Shown in pieces: positions 15,756 through 23,613 of a stretch of 64,000 bases of DNA. The stretch's first letter is position 1, and each line of letters starts with the position of its first letter. This stretch comes from Rhodothermales bacterium (GTDB lineage Bacteria > Bacteroidota > Rhodothermia > Rhodothermales > JANQRZ01). The notes below the pieces were generated by a model, which was given only the letters and a program-made list of their open reading frames with translations, was not told where the DNA came from and ran no database searches. The DNA lies in assembly GCA_039944855.1 (NCBI GenBank), contig JBDUXZ010000003.1, positions 130,169-194,168 on the forward strand. Direction: 5' to 3'. A program made the translations under genes and the position numbers.

Positions 15756-18089
15756 TCACTCGGCTGCGCCGTAGAGGCCTTCGTAGACCGCCCGGTTGCG
15801 CGTCAGCTTCTTCACGTAGTCGCGCGTCTCGGAGAAGGGGATCCGCTCGGTGAACAGCTCCGCGTCGGCCTCGAACTCGGGGAACGTGCGCCACTGATCG
15901 ACCTGATGCGGGCCGGCGTTGTACGCGGCGAACACGGCGGGGAGGGAGCCGTCGTAGGCGTCGATGAACTCGGCGAGGTACGTGGTGCCGAGGAAGGCGG
16001 CGACCTCGGGCTGGTAGAGATCGTCGGCGCTCCAGTTTTCCAGGCCGGCGGACGCGGCGAGGGCAGCGCCGGTGCGGGGCATGATCTGCATGAGCCCGCG
16101 CGCGCCGACGTGGGAAGTGATGCGCGCCTCAAACAGGCTCTCCTGCCGCACGAGCGCCGCGACGATTTCGGGGTCGAACCCGCGCGCCTCGGCCTCGGCC
16201 CGGAGCACGTCGCGATAGGGATACGGGTAGAGGATGCGGAGCAGGCGCGGGTTGCGCCCGCCGCTGCGCAGGCCGTCCCCGATGCGGATGGCCCGCTGCG
16301 TATAGCCCCGCTCGATGAGCGCTTCGGCGAGGGCGTAGCGCACGGCCCGGCCCGAGCCCGCGCGGTCCACGACACGGCTGGCCTCGTCCGAGGCCGCGTC
16401 GTAGAACCCGGCCTCGCGGAGACGGTCTACGGGTGCCATCAACGCCGCTACACGCCGCTCGGCCGCCTCGTCCCGCGGCGGCGACGCGGACATCGGAGGC
16501 GGCCAGAACGGCTCGCCGAGCCGCTCGCTGGCTTTGAGCGCGTAGTACGAGTCGCGGTCCGCACGAACGACGGCGCGGAAGAGGTCCCCGGCCGCTGCCG
16601 CATCGCCCGCTTCGGCGCGTGCGCGGCCGGCCCAGTACAGCGATTGCAGCGCGAACTCACCCTTCGTCGAGCGCGCCCGGTAGCCGTCCCACAAGTCGGC
16701 CGCTGCGTCGTAGTCGCCGCGGAGGAAGGCGAGGCCGGCGAGACGCATCGTCGCGAGCCCCGCCCACCGCGTGCCGGGGTACGTGGCTACGACCTCGCGG
16801 TAGAGCGGGCGCGCGGCGTCGGCGTCACCGCCCTGCTGGTAGGCGTCGGCGGCGAAGTAGAGCGCAGCGGCGCCATCCCCCGTGCCGCGTGCTTCGGCGG
16901 CGAGGGCGCGGTAGATGGCCGCCGCCTCGGCGGTCTGGCCCGCCCGGCTGAGCGCGCTCGCACGGAGGTCGCGCGCGGCCCGGTCGTCGCCGAGCGGCTC
17001 GAGCGCGGCGAGAGCAGCGTCGTACTGCTGCCCGGCCACGAGCACGTCGGCCAGCGTGAGTCGGATCGCGTCACGTTCGGCGGCGGACCCGACGCCGGCG
17101 TCGAGCCACGCCTGGAAGTCGGCGGCGGCCTGCTCGTGGAGCCCGAGCCCGGCGTAGACCCGGGCCGAAGCGAGGCGCTCGGCGGGGGACATCGGACCTG
17201 CGCGCAAGAGATCGGCGGCGGCCTGCCCGTGCTCGCCGGATGCGTCGAGCGCGATCGCGCGGCGGAGCGCAGCACGCGCGGCCTCGGTGTCGCCTGCCTC
17301 CAGGGCGAGACGGCCTTCGAGCACTTTAAACTCTGCCTTCGTCCCGTCCGACCTCGCCCATCCGTGCCCCGCCTGCGCGAGCGAGCGGGCGCGGTCGAGG
17401 TCCCCCGCTACGCGCGCGGCTTCGACCTGGGCACGCCGCGCGCGGAGTCCGAGCGTGCCTCGGGAATACTGACGGGCGACGTCGGCTGCCGCCTCGCCTT
17501 CCCCGACGGCGGCGAGTGCCTCGGCCGCGAGGACGTCGACCCACAGCCCCGCCGCCCCCATCGCGTCTTCGACACGCTGCAACACCGCACGTCCTTCGGC
17601 CTGCTCGCCCGCCCGCAAGAGGGCGAGCCCGAGGCGGAGTTCGGCCGCCGCCCGCTCGTCGGGATAGCGCGCATCTGGGGTGGCGTCGAGAAATGAGCGG
17701 TAGAGCGCCGCTGCTTCGGCCGCCTCGCCCGCTGCATCGTGGGCACGGGCGAGGAGGTAGCGCCCGAGGCCCTGTTCGAGCGAGTCCACTCCCGTCGCTC
17801 CGCCGAGCACGTCGAGCACCGCATCCCAGTGGCTGCGGCCCGCCTCGGCGCGGGCGAGCAGGAGTCGCTGCTCCGGCGAGAGCGCGTCCCGGTCAGCAGC
17901 GGCGAGCAGGCGCGCGGCCTGCCACGGCCGGCCGGCGCGGAGCGCGGCCTGCGCCTCCTCGAACGACACCGACGACGCGGTCGGGACATCGGCCAGGCTT
18001 TCGGTCGGCGCGGGGTCGTCGTCGCACCCGAGGCTCGGAGCCAGGAAGAGAGCGAGCAGCAGGGGCAGGAGGCGAGGAAGAGCAGGCAC
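15756..18089 (-). CDS. Soluble lytic murein transglycosylase (Slt70-like: TPR/superhelical domain plus C-terminal SLT domain)
   Basis: The C-terminal block is ALVRQESLFEARITSHVGARGLMQIMPRTGA...AYNAGPHQV. A GTG at 18089 gives the lipoprotein signal (M)PALPRLLPLLLALFLAPSLGC. The tracked ATG at 18224 is the alternative start. Confidence 0.85.
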   Translation of the reverse strand: MPALPRLLPLLLALFLAPSLGCDDDPAPTESLADVPTASSVSFEEAQAALRAGRPWQAARLLAAADRDALSPEQRLLLARAEAGRSHWDAVLDVLGGATGVDSLEQGLGRYLLARAHDAAGEAAEAAALYRSFLDATPDARYPDERAAAELRLGLALLRAGEQAEGRAVLQRVEDAMGAAGLWVDVLAAEALAAVGEGEAAADVARQYSRGTLGLRARRAQVEAARVAGDLDRARSLAQAGHGWARSDGTKAEFKVLEGRLALEAGDTEAARAALRRAIALDASGEHGQAAADLLRAGPMSPAERLASARVYAGLGLHEQAAADFQAWLDAGVGSAAERDAIRLTLADVLVAGQQYDAALAALEPLGDDRAARDLRASALSRAGQTAEAAAIYRALAAEARGTGDGAAALYFAADAYQQGGDADAARPLYREVVATYPGTRWAGLATMRLAGLAFLRGDYDAAADLWDGYRARSTKGEFALQSLYWAGRARAEAGDAAAAGDLFRAVVRADRDSYYALKASERLGEPFWPPPMSASPPRDEAAERRVAALMAPVDRLREAGFYDAASDEASRVVDRAGSGRAVRYALAEALIERGYTQRAIRIGDGLRSGGRNPRLLRILYPYPYRDVLRAEAEARGFDPEIVAALVRQESLFEARITSHVGARGLMQIMPRTGAALAASAGLENWSADDLYQPEVAAFLGTTYLAEFIDAYDGSLPAVFAAYNAGPHQVDQWRTFPEFEADAELFTERIPFSETRDYVKKLTRNRAVYEGLYGAAE

Positions 18090-18243
18090 GATTCGTAAGA
18101 GAGAGGGAGAGGGGCGGAGGCCGATGTACGCACGGCGCGCCCGCAGGTCTCCGTGGTTGCTCCCACTTCTTGGATGGGGCAGCACACCCGGCCCGGCCCG
18201 ACGAAAGAACGCCGGATCCAGCACGCCTGCTAGCCAGCGTCCT

Positions 18244-18310
18244 GTAGCGGAGGGCGAGGAAATCGGACCGAACCCTCAAGGGCGCTTCCCCACCTCGCCG
18301 GTTTGGCGGC
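18244..18310 (-). pseudogene. Decayed copy of the 3' ~65 nt of tRNA-Ser(TGA)
   Basis: Hand alignment to 20031-20095 shows three matching runs: gtagcggaggg (11/11), aaccctcaagggcgcttcc (19/19) and cggttt. A 4-nt insertion breaks the T-loop. Similarity ends at the anticodon loop, and there is no matching 5' acceptor strand. Confidence 0.5.
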
Positions 18311-18427
18311 CGTCTCGCTGCGCGTTAGCTTGCTACTGAACCCGCTGCTTCGAGCCGATCTCGTCGAGCGGCTCCCTGTCCTACAGGCGCTCCAAACCTC
18401 AAGCAAACCAGACCTACAGACCACCGG

Positions 18428-19900
18428 ATGATCCGCAGCCTCCTGCTCGTCTCCCTATTCGTTCTGCCGGCGGTCGCCCAGGCCCAGGCACCACCCCCTT
18501 ACGAAGCCTCGATCCAGGCGCACCGCGACTCGATCCGCACCGCCTTCCTCGATCCAGAGACCCCGCCGCTGCAGCCCGACGAGATCGCCGCGTTCTCCGG
18601 CCTCGACTACTACGACGTGGACCCAGCCTACCGCGTCACGGCGCGATTCGAGCGCGTCGAGGGCGACGAGCCCGTCGCGATGAACACGTCGGGCGGCGAC
18701 ATCCGCGACTACCGGCGCTTCGGCACGCTCCACTTCGAGATCGGCGGGGCGCCCCTCACTCTCGCCGCTTACCAAAGCGTAGTCCCACCCGAGGACCCCG
18801 CCTACACCAACTACCTCGCCATCCCCTTCCGGGACGCGACGAGCGGTGGGGCCACGTACGCCGCCGGCCGCTACCTCGACCTCACGATCCCGGAGGGCGA
18901 CGAGGTCGTGCTCGACTTCAACGAGGCCTACGCCCCCTACTGCGCGTACAGCCCCCGCTACTCCTGCATCCTCCCGCCGCCCGAGAACCGCCTCACCGTC
19001 GCCGTCGAGGCCGGCGTCAAGAAGTACGACGTGTGGACGGGGGTCGTCTCCGAGGAAGGCGGCTACTCCATCGCCTTCCCCGGTCCGCCGCTCGACCAGG
19101 CTCAGCCCAACGAGAATGGACTCACGCTACACATGCAGACCTTCGAGCAAGGAGAGGCAGCGTACTTCGTGATGCACACCGTGACAGAGGCCGATTTCGA
19201 TACGCTCAGCGCGAGCGAGCTGGCAGGGTTCTTCGATGCGGCCCAGCAAGGGGGCGCGCAGGGCTTCGGTGGCACGCTCGGCCACGCCGAGGAGATTGAG
19301 CTCGACGGTGTCCCGGGGCGGAGCTTCGAAGTCAACGCACCTGAGCAGTCGCTCTACGGGCGGTCGCGCATGTTCGCCTCGGGCCGCATGCTCTACCAGA
19401 TCCTGGTGCTGACCGAAGGACGTCGCCCCGATGGTCCCGAGGCAGACCGCTTTCTGGATTCGTTCCGAATCTTGGAGGGAGGTGCCACGCCGCGCCTGCA
19501 GCGCCTGCTGGACGAGGCGGGCTACGAGTACACCGTCGACGACGACGGCGACTACAAGCTCACGTTCTCTACGACGGGGGAGCGGACACACCTGGTGGTG
19601 ATCTCGACGTACACCCCCGACCTCACACTCGTGCCGAGCTACGAGGTGTGGGCCCTGGTCGGGCGAGGGCTGAGCGAGCTGCCGGCGGGGCTGGCCGAGG
19701 CGCTGCTGCGCCGGAGCGGGGACCTCCCCGCGCTGTCGGCTCAGCTCTACGGGGGCAGCGACGGGGAGCCGATGCTGGTCGCGCTCTCGACCGTGGTCGA
19801 GCAGGGCGTCTCGGTGGCGGCGCTTCAACGCGTAGTTGAGCAGCTGGCCCTCGAGGCGGACGAGCTAGAGGCACGATTCGTCGGGACAGACGACCTGTAA
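18428..19900 (+). CDS. Secreted three-part protein: DUF1684-like N-domain, unknown middle domain, YbjN-like C-domain
   Basis: A signal peptide is present. The DUF1684-type blocks are FSGLDYYDVDPAYRV, LAIPFRDATSGGATYAAGRYLD and NEAYAPYCAY. The C-terminal GYEYTVDDDGDYKLTFSTTGERTHLVVIS resembles YbjN/T3SS-chaperone-like domains. Confidence 0.8.
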   Translation: MIRSLLLVSLFVLPAVAQAQAPPPYEASIQAHRDSIRTAFLDPETPPLQPDEIAAFSGLDYYDVDPAYRVTARFERVEGDEPVAMNTSGGDIRDYRRFGTLHFEIGGAPLTLAAYQSVVPPEDPAYTNYLAIPFRDATSGGATYAAGRYLDLTIPEGDEVVLDFNEAYAPYCAYSPRYSCILPPPENRLTVAVEAGVKKYDVWTGVVSEEGGYSIAFPGPPLDQAQPNENGLTLHMQTFEQGEAAYFVMHTVTEADFDTLSASELAGFFDAAQQGGAQGFGGTLGHAEEIELDGVPGRSFEVNAPEQSLYGRSRMFASGRMLYQILVLTEGRRPDGPEADRFLDSFRILEGGATPRLQRLLDEAGYEYTVDDDGDYKLTFSTTGERTHLVVISTYTPDLTLVPSYEVWALVGRGLSELPAGLAEALLRRSGDLPALSAQLYGGSDGEPMLVALSTVVEQGVSVAALQRVVEQLALEADELEARFVGTDDL

Positions 19901-20034
19901 GCCTGCGTCACTCCTGTTTCGCTGGTCGCCAAGGCCTATCCGCTTGCCATTGCGTAAATGGCATCGTTATCCGGCGGCACCAAACGCAGATGTGCCGGAT
20001 CCAGCCCCCAAAGGCCATACCCGGCACATCGTAG

Positions 20035-20123
20035 CGGAGGGTGAGGGAATCGAACCCTCAAGGGCGCTTCCGCGCCTCGACGGTTTTCAAGACCGCTGCC
20101 GTCACCTATCGGCTTGACCCTCC
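20035..20123 (-). tRNA. tRNA-Ser (anticodon TGA)
   Basis: Folded by hand. The acceptor is GGAGGGT/ACCCTCC, the anticodon loop is CTTGAAA, there is a long variable arm (GGCGC-ggaa-GCGCC), the T-arm is GAGGG-TTCGATT-CCCTC and the discriminator is G. CCA is not encoded. Confidence 0.9.
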
Positions 20124-20576
20124 ATAGATCCTATGCCCGTAATGCTCTTCCATGTGGCAGTCCGGACAAACCAGCTTCAAGTTACGAAGGGCGTCGCTGC
20201 CTCCCTCCGCCTTCGGAATGATATGATGAACGTGCAGGATGTTGTAATTGTCGTAACCGCAGACTTCACAACGTCCCCCTCGCCTCTCCCCGAGCTTCTC
20301 TTTGAGTAGCCAACCCTTGAGCGCTTTGTTATTCCTGTTTGCTCCCGCGTATCGGCTCCCTCGCCTGCCCTTGTTGGAGCACGCCCGCGAGCACGTCCCT
20401 TTCGCCCCCCAGTAGGCCTCGCCACAGATCGGGCAGGTTTTCGTTCTCCTCAGCGCGACGCCGTGGCACGAACTGGAACAGAACACAGAGCCTCAGGCTA
20501 GCTGAGACGGACGCCTGTAGATCCGCGCTCCGCAGACAGCGCACGAGCAGTTCGGTTTCCGATGTACGGTGATCAT
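20106..20576 (-). pseudogene. HNH endonuclease gene interrupted by an in-frame TGA (20493-20495)
   Basis: Reverse translation gives MITVHRKPNCSCAVCGARIYRRPSQLA-TGA-GSVFCSSSCHGVALRRTKTCPICGEAYWGAKGTCSRACS...HVHHIIP...NLKLVCPDCH. The stop falls inside the first of two CxxCG...(F)CSxxC units. The region has lower G+C. The last 18 nt overlap the 5' end of tRNA-Ser. Confidence 0.6.
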
Positions 20577-20827
20577 CAGGCTTCTCTCCATCGACCGCTT
20601 CGTGGATTCAGCCACGCCGCCATGCGTAACAACGGGGCCGTCGCAGAGCCCGTCGGCGCAGGCCGGAAGGTACGGCCTGCCTCGCCCCAGCCCCAACTCG
20701 CCTACGTGATCAGCCGGCACACTACCGTGCGTATTCCTCCGTTCTGAATCCGCCGGTACCTTACCCACCGAACGGACACGCGCCGACGTGCTCGCGTCCC
20801 CTTCTGCCGCCCCAGCCTGCCTGCCCG

Positions 20828-23002
20828 ATGAGAAGCCTCGTCCTCGCCGCCGCCCTCTCGACCTCGCTCGCCCTGCCCTCCGCGGGCGCCCTTGCCCAAA
20901 CCAACGCCGACCCCACGATGACCGAGCACGCCACCGCATCCCCCCCCCTCCTCCAGGAATGGGACGGGCCGTACGGCGGCGTCCCCGCCTTCGACGCCAT
21001 GAACCTCGATGCGCTCGAACCGTCGCTCGAACAGGGCATGGCCGATCACCTCCGCGAGATCGACGCGATCGCCGACAACCCGGCGCCGCCGACGTTCGAG
21101 AACACGATCGTCGCGCTCGAAGGGGCGGGCCAACCGCTCGGCCGCGTCTTCACGTACTACGGAATCTGGAGCTCGAACCGCTCGTCGCCGGAGTTCCGCG
21201 AGATCCAGCAGCGGATGGCGCCGAAGCTCTCCGAGTACGGCTCGAAGATCACGCAGAACGAGCGGCTTTTCGAGCGCGTCGCGGCGGTCTGGGCGCAGCG
21301 GCACGACCTCGGCCTGCGACCCGACCAGGTCCGCCTCGTCGAGCTCGTCTACGACGGCTTCGCGCGCAACGGTGCCACGCTCGACGGCGCGGCGAAGGAG
21401 CGCTATGCGGCGATCAACCAGCGCCTCGCCGAGCTCCACACGCGCTTCGCCAACAACGTGCTCGCCGACGAGGAGGGCTACGTCCTCTACCTCACCGCGG
21501 ACCAGCTCTCGGGCCTCCCGCAGTCGTTCGTGAACGCCGCCGCCGCGGCGGCCGAGGAGCGCGGGCGTGCGGGCGAATACGCCGTCACGAACACGCGCTC
21601 GTCGATGGACCCCTTCCTCACGTACTCCGACGAGCGCGCCCTCCGCGAGCAGGTTTGGAAGACGTACTACAGCCGCGGCGACAACGCCGACGAGCACGAC
21701 AACAACGCCCTCATCACCGAGATCCTCCAGCTCCGCGACGAGCGCGTCGGCCTCCTCGGCTACGACAACTACGCGCAGTGGCGGCTCGAAGACCGCATGG
21801 CGAAGACGCCGGAGCGCGCGCGTGAGCTGCTCGAAGCCGTCTGGCCCGCCGCCGTCGCCCGCGTCGAAGAGGAAGTCGCCGACATGCAGGCGATTGCGGA
21901 CGCGGAGGGTGCGGACATCGACATCGCGCCGTGGGACTACCGCTACTACGCTGAGAAAGTCCGGCAGGCGAAGTACGACCTCGACTCCGACGAGGTTAAG
22001 CAGTACCTCCAGCTCGACAACCTCCGCGAGGCGATGTTCTACGTCGCCGGTGAGCTGTTTGGCTTCGCGTTCACGCCGGTGCCCGACGGCACCGTGCCCG
22101 TCTTCCACGAGGACGTGAAGGTGTGGGAGGTGACCGACCGCGACTCGGGCGACCTCGTCGGGCTGTGGTACCTCGACCCGTTCGCCCGCACCGGCAAGCG
22201 CAGTGGCGCGTGGGCCACGACGTACCGCAGCCACACGACGTTCGACGGCGCGAAGACCGTGCTCGCCTCTAACAATTCGAACTTCGTCAAGGGCGCGCCG
22301 GGCGAGCCCGTGCTCATCTCCTGGGACGACGCCGAGACGTTTTTCCACGAGTTCGGCCACGCCCTCCACTTCCTCGCCTCGAACGTCGCCTACCCGACGC
22401 TCAACGGCGGCGTCCGCGACTACACCGAGTTCCAGTCGCAGCTCCTCGAACGCTGGCTCTTCACCGACCCCGTGATCGACACGTACCTCGTCCACGTCGA
22501 GACCGGCGAGCCGATCCCGGCCGACCTCGTGCAGAAGATCAAAAACGCATCGACGTTCAACGAGGGCTTCGCGACGACGGAGTACCTCGCCTCCGCGCTG
22601 ATGGATCTCGCCTACCACACCCACAGCGACCCCGCGAGCATCGACCCGGACACCTTCGAGCGCGAGACGCTGACCCGGCTCGGGATGCCGAGCGAGATCG
22701 TGATGCGGCACCGCTCGCCGCACTTCGGCCACGTGTTCTCGGGCGAGGGCTACGCGACAGGCTACTATGGCTACCTGTGGGCCGATGTGCTTACCGCTGA
22801 CGCTGCCGAAGCGTTCGCCGAAGCGCCGGGCGGGTTCTACGACGCCGACCTCGCCGCGAAGCTCGTCGAGCACCTCTTCGCCCCACGCAACGCCGTCGAC
22901 CCCGTCGAGGCCTACCGCTCGTTCCGGGGCCGCGACGCCCGGATCGACGCGCTCATGCGCGACCGCGGCTTCCCCGTCCCCGACGAGGACGGCACGCGCT
23001 AA
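20828..23002 (+). CDS. dcp: M3-family peptidyl-dipeptidase
   Basis: 724 aa with a signal peptide. The zinc motif is FFHEFGHALHF, and the protein resembles Dcp/oligopeptidase A over its full length. Confidence 0.9.
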   Translation: MRSLVLAAALSTSLALPSAGALAQTNADPTMTEHATASPPLLQEWDGPYGGVPAFDAMNLDALEPSLEQGMADHLREIDAIADNPAPPTFENTIVALEGAGQPLGRVFTYYGIWSSNRSSPEFREIQQRMAPKLSEYGSKITQNERLFERVAAVWAQRHDLGLRPDQVRLVELVYDGFARNGATLDGAAKERYAAINQRLAELHTRFANNVLADEEGYVLYLTADQLSGLPQSFVNAAAAAAEERGRAGEYAVTNTRSSMDPFLTYSDERALREQVWKTYYSRGDNADEHDNNALITEILQLRDERVGLLGYDNYAQWRLEDRMAKTPERARELLEAVWPAAVARVEEEVADMQAIADAEGADIDIAPWDYRYYAEKVRQAKYDLDSDEVKQYLQLDNLREAMFYVAGELFGFAFTPVPDGTVPVFHEDVKVWEVTDRDSGDLVGLWYLDPFARTGKRSGAWATTYRSHTTFDGAKTVLASNNSNFVKGAPGEPVLISWDDAETFFHEFGHALHFLASNVAYPTLNGGVRDYTEFQSQLLERWLFTDPVIDTYLVHVETGEPIPADLVQKIKNASTFNEGFATTEYLASALMDLAYHTHSDPASIDPDTFERETLTRLGMPSEIVMRHRSPHFGHVFSGEGYATGYYGYLWADVLTADAAEAFAEAPGGFYDADLAAKLVEHLFAPRNAVDPVEAYRSFRGRDARIDALMRDRGFPVPDEDGTR

Positions 23003-23026
23003 CGCCGGCCGCCGAGCAGCAGCACA

Positions 23027-23067
23027 GAGGGGGTGCCGGACGCGGGTCCGCACCCCCTCGCCTTTTT
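23027..23067 (+). terminator. Intrinsic terminator after dcp
   Basis: GAGGGGGTGC-13 nt-GCACCCCCTC followed by gccTTTTT. Confidence 0.6.
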
Positions 23068-23085
23068 GAGCGTCTCCTCTACACT

Positions 23086-23240
23086 GTCATTGCGAGCGAC
23101 CGAAGGGAGCGCGGCAACCCCGCAGGGCTCAGCGCAGCTAATCTCCATCGGTCTGCCAGCCTGCGTGAGATTAGCTGCGCTGAGCCCTTCGGGGGTTGCC
23201 ACGTCGCTACGGGACGAGTCCCTCCGCTCCTCGCAATGAC
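23086..23240. repeat. MITE/REP-like hairpin element, long variant (termini GTCATTGCGAG / CTCGCAATGAC)
   Basis: Same termini, loop core (tcggtctgcc) and gccacgtcgctac block as the 91-bp copy at 52252-52342. It also carries mutually complementary ~23-nt insertions in both arms. Confidence 0.7.
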
Positions 23241-23562
23241 AGGCATGGAGATGCGAGCAGGCTTGTGGAGCGGTAACAGGGACTTAAAACGAGAGATCGC
23301 CAGAGGCTTCACCATTTCTTTTTAATGGGCGTACAGGACAGATTAGACCGATGGAAGCGCTACCATCTCACCGCGCCCACCTCAGGCTGCCCCTATTCCA
23401 TTGACAGGCTCCGCAGAATCCCGTACCGTTGAGATGTGATTCGCTCCCTCGCACATAGCCGCCCAGCGCCTCGACGCGTCCGACGACTGGCATCGCCCCG
23501 TCGCCCGGCCGGCTATAGCGTAGAAATCGGAGCCTGATCCCGCATCACCCCCCGACTTTCCA

Positions 23563-23602
23563 AGCGCTGACGCCCTCCCGGGTGTCAGCGCTTTCTCTTT
23601 TT
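23563..23602 (+). terminator. Strong terminator-like hairpin with a U-tract, 12 nt upstream of the argG start; possible attenuator
   Basis: AGCGCTGACGCCC-tccc-GGGTGTCAGCGCT forms a ~14-bp stem with a tetraloop, followed by TTCTCTTTTT. The argG ATG is at 23614. Confidence 0.5.
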
Positions 23603-23613
23603 ACCCCCGCCTC

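Noticed and set aside
18224-18427. A second functional tRNA-Ser gene.
   Set aside because: The T-loop is disrupted by a 4-nt insertion, there is no anticodon loop, and there is no 5' acceptor strand. It is treated as a remnant.
20493-20495. The in-frame TGA in the HNH gene could be read as a selenocysteine codon.
   Set aside because: I noticed no obvious SECIS-like hairpin immediately downstream, and Sec has no plausible role at a position inside a zinc-ribbon spacer. A nonsense mutation is the simpler explanation.
23241-23613. A T-box or known amino-acid riboswitch upstream of argG.
   Set aside because: No T-box consensus (…GGTGGTACCGCG…) or other riboswitch core that I recognise is present. 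Only the terminator-like hairpin is solid.
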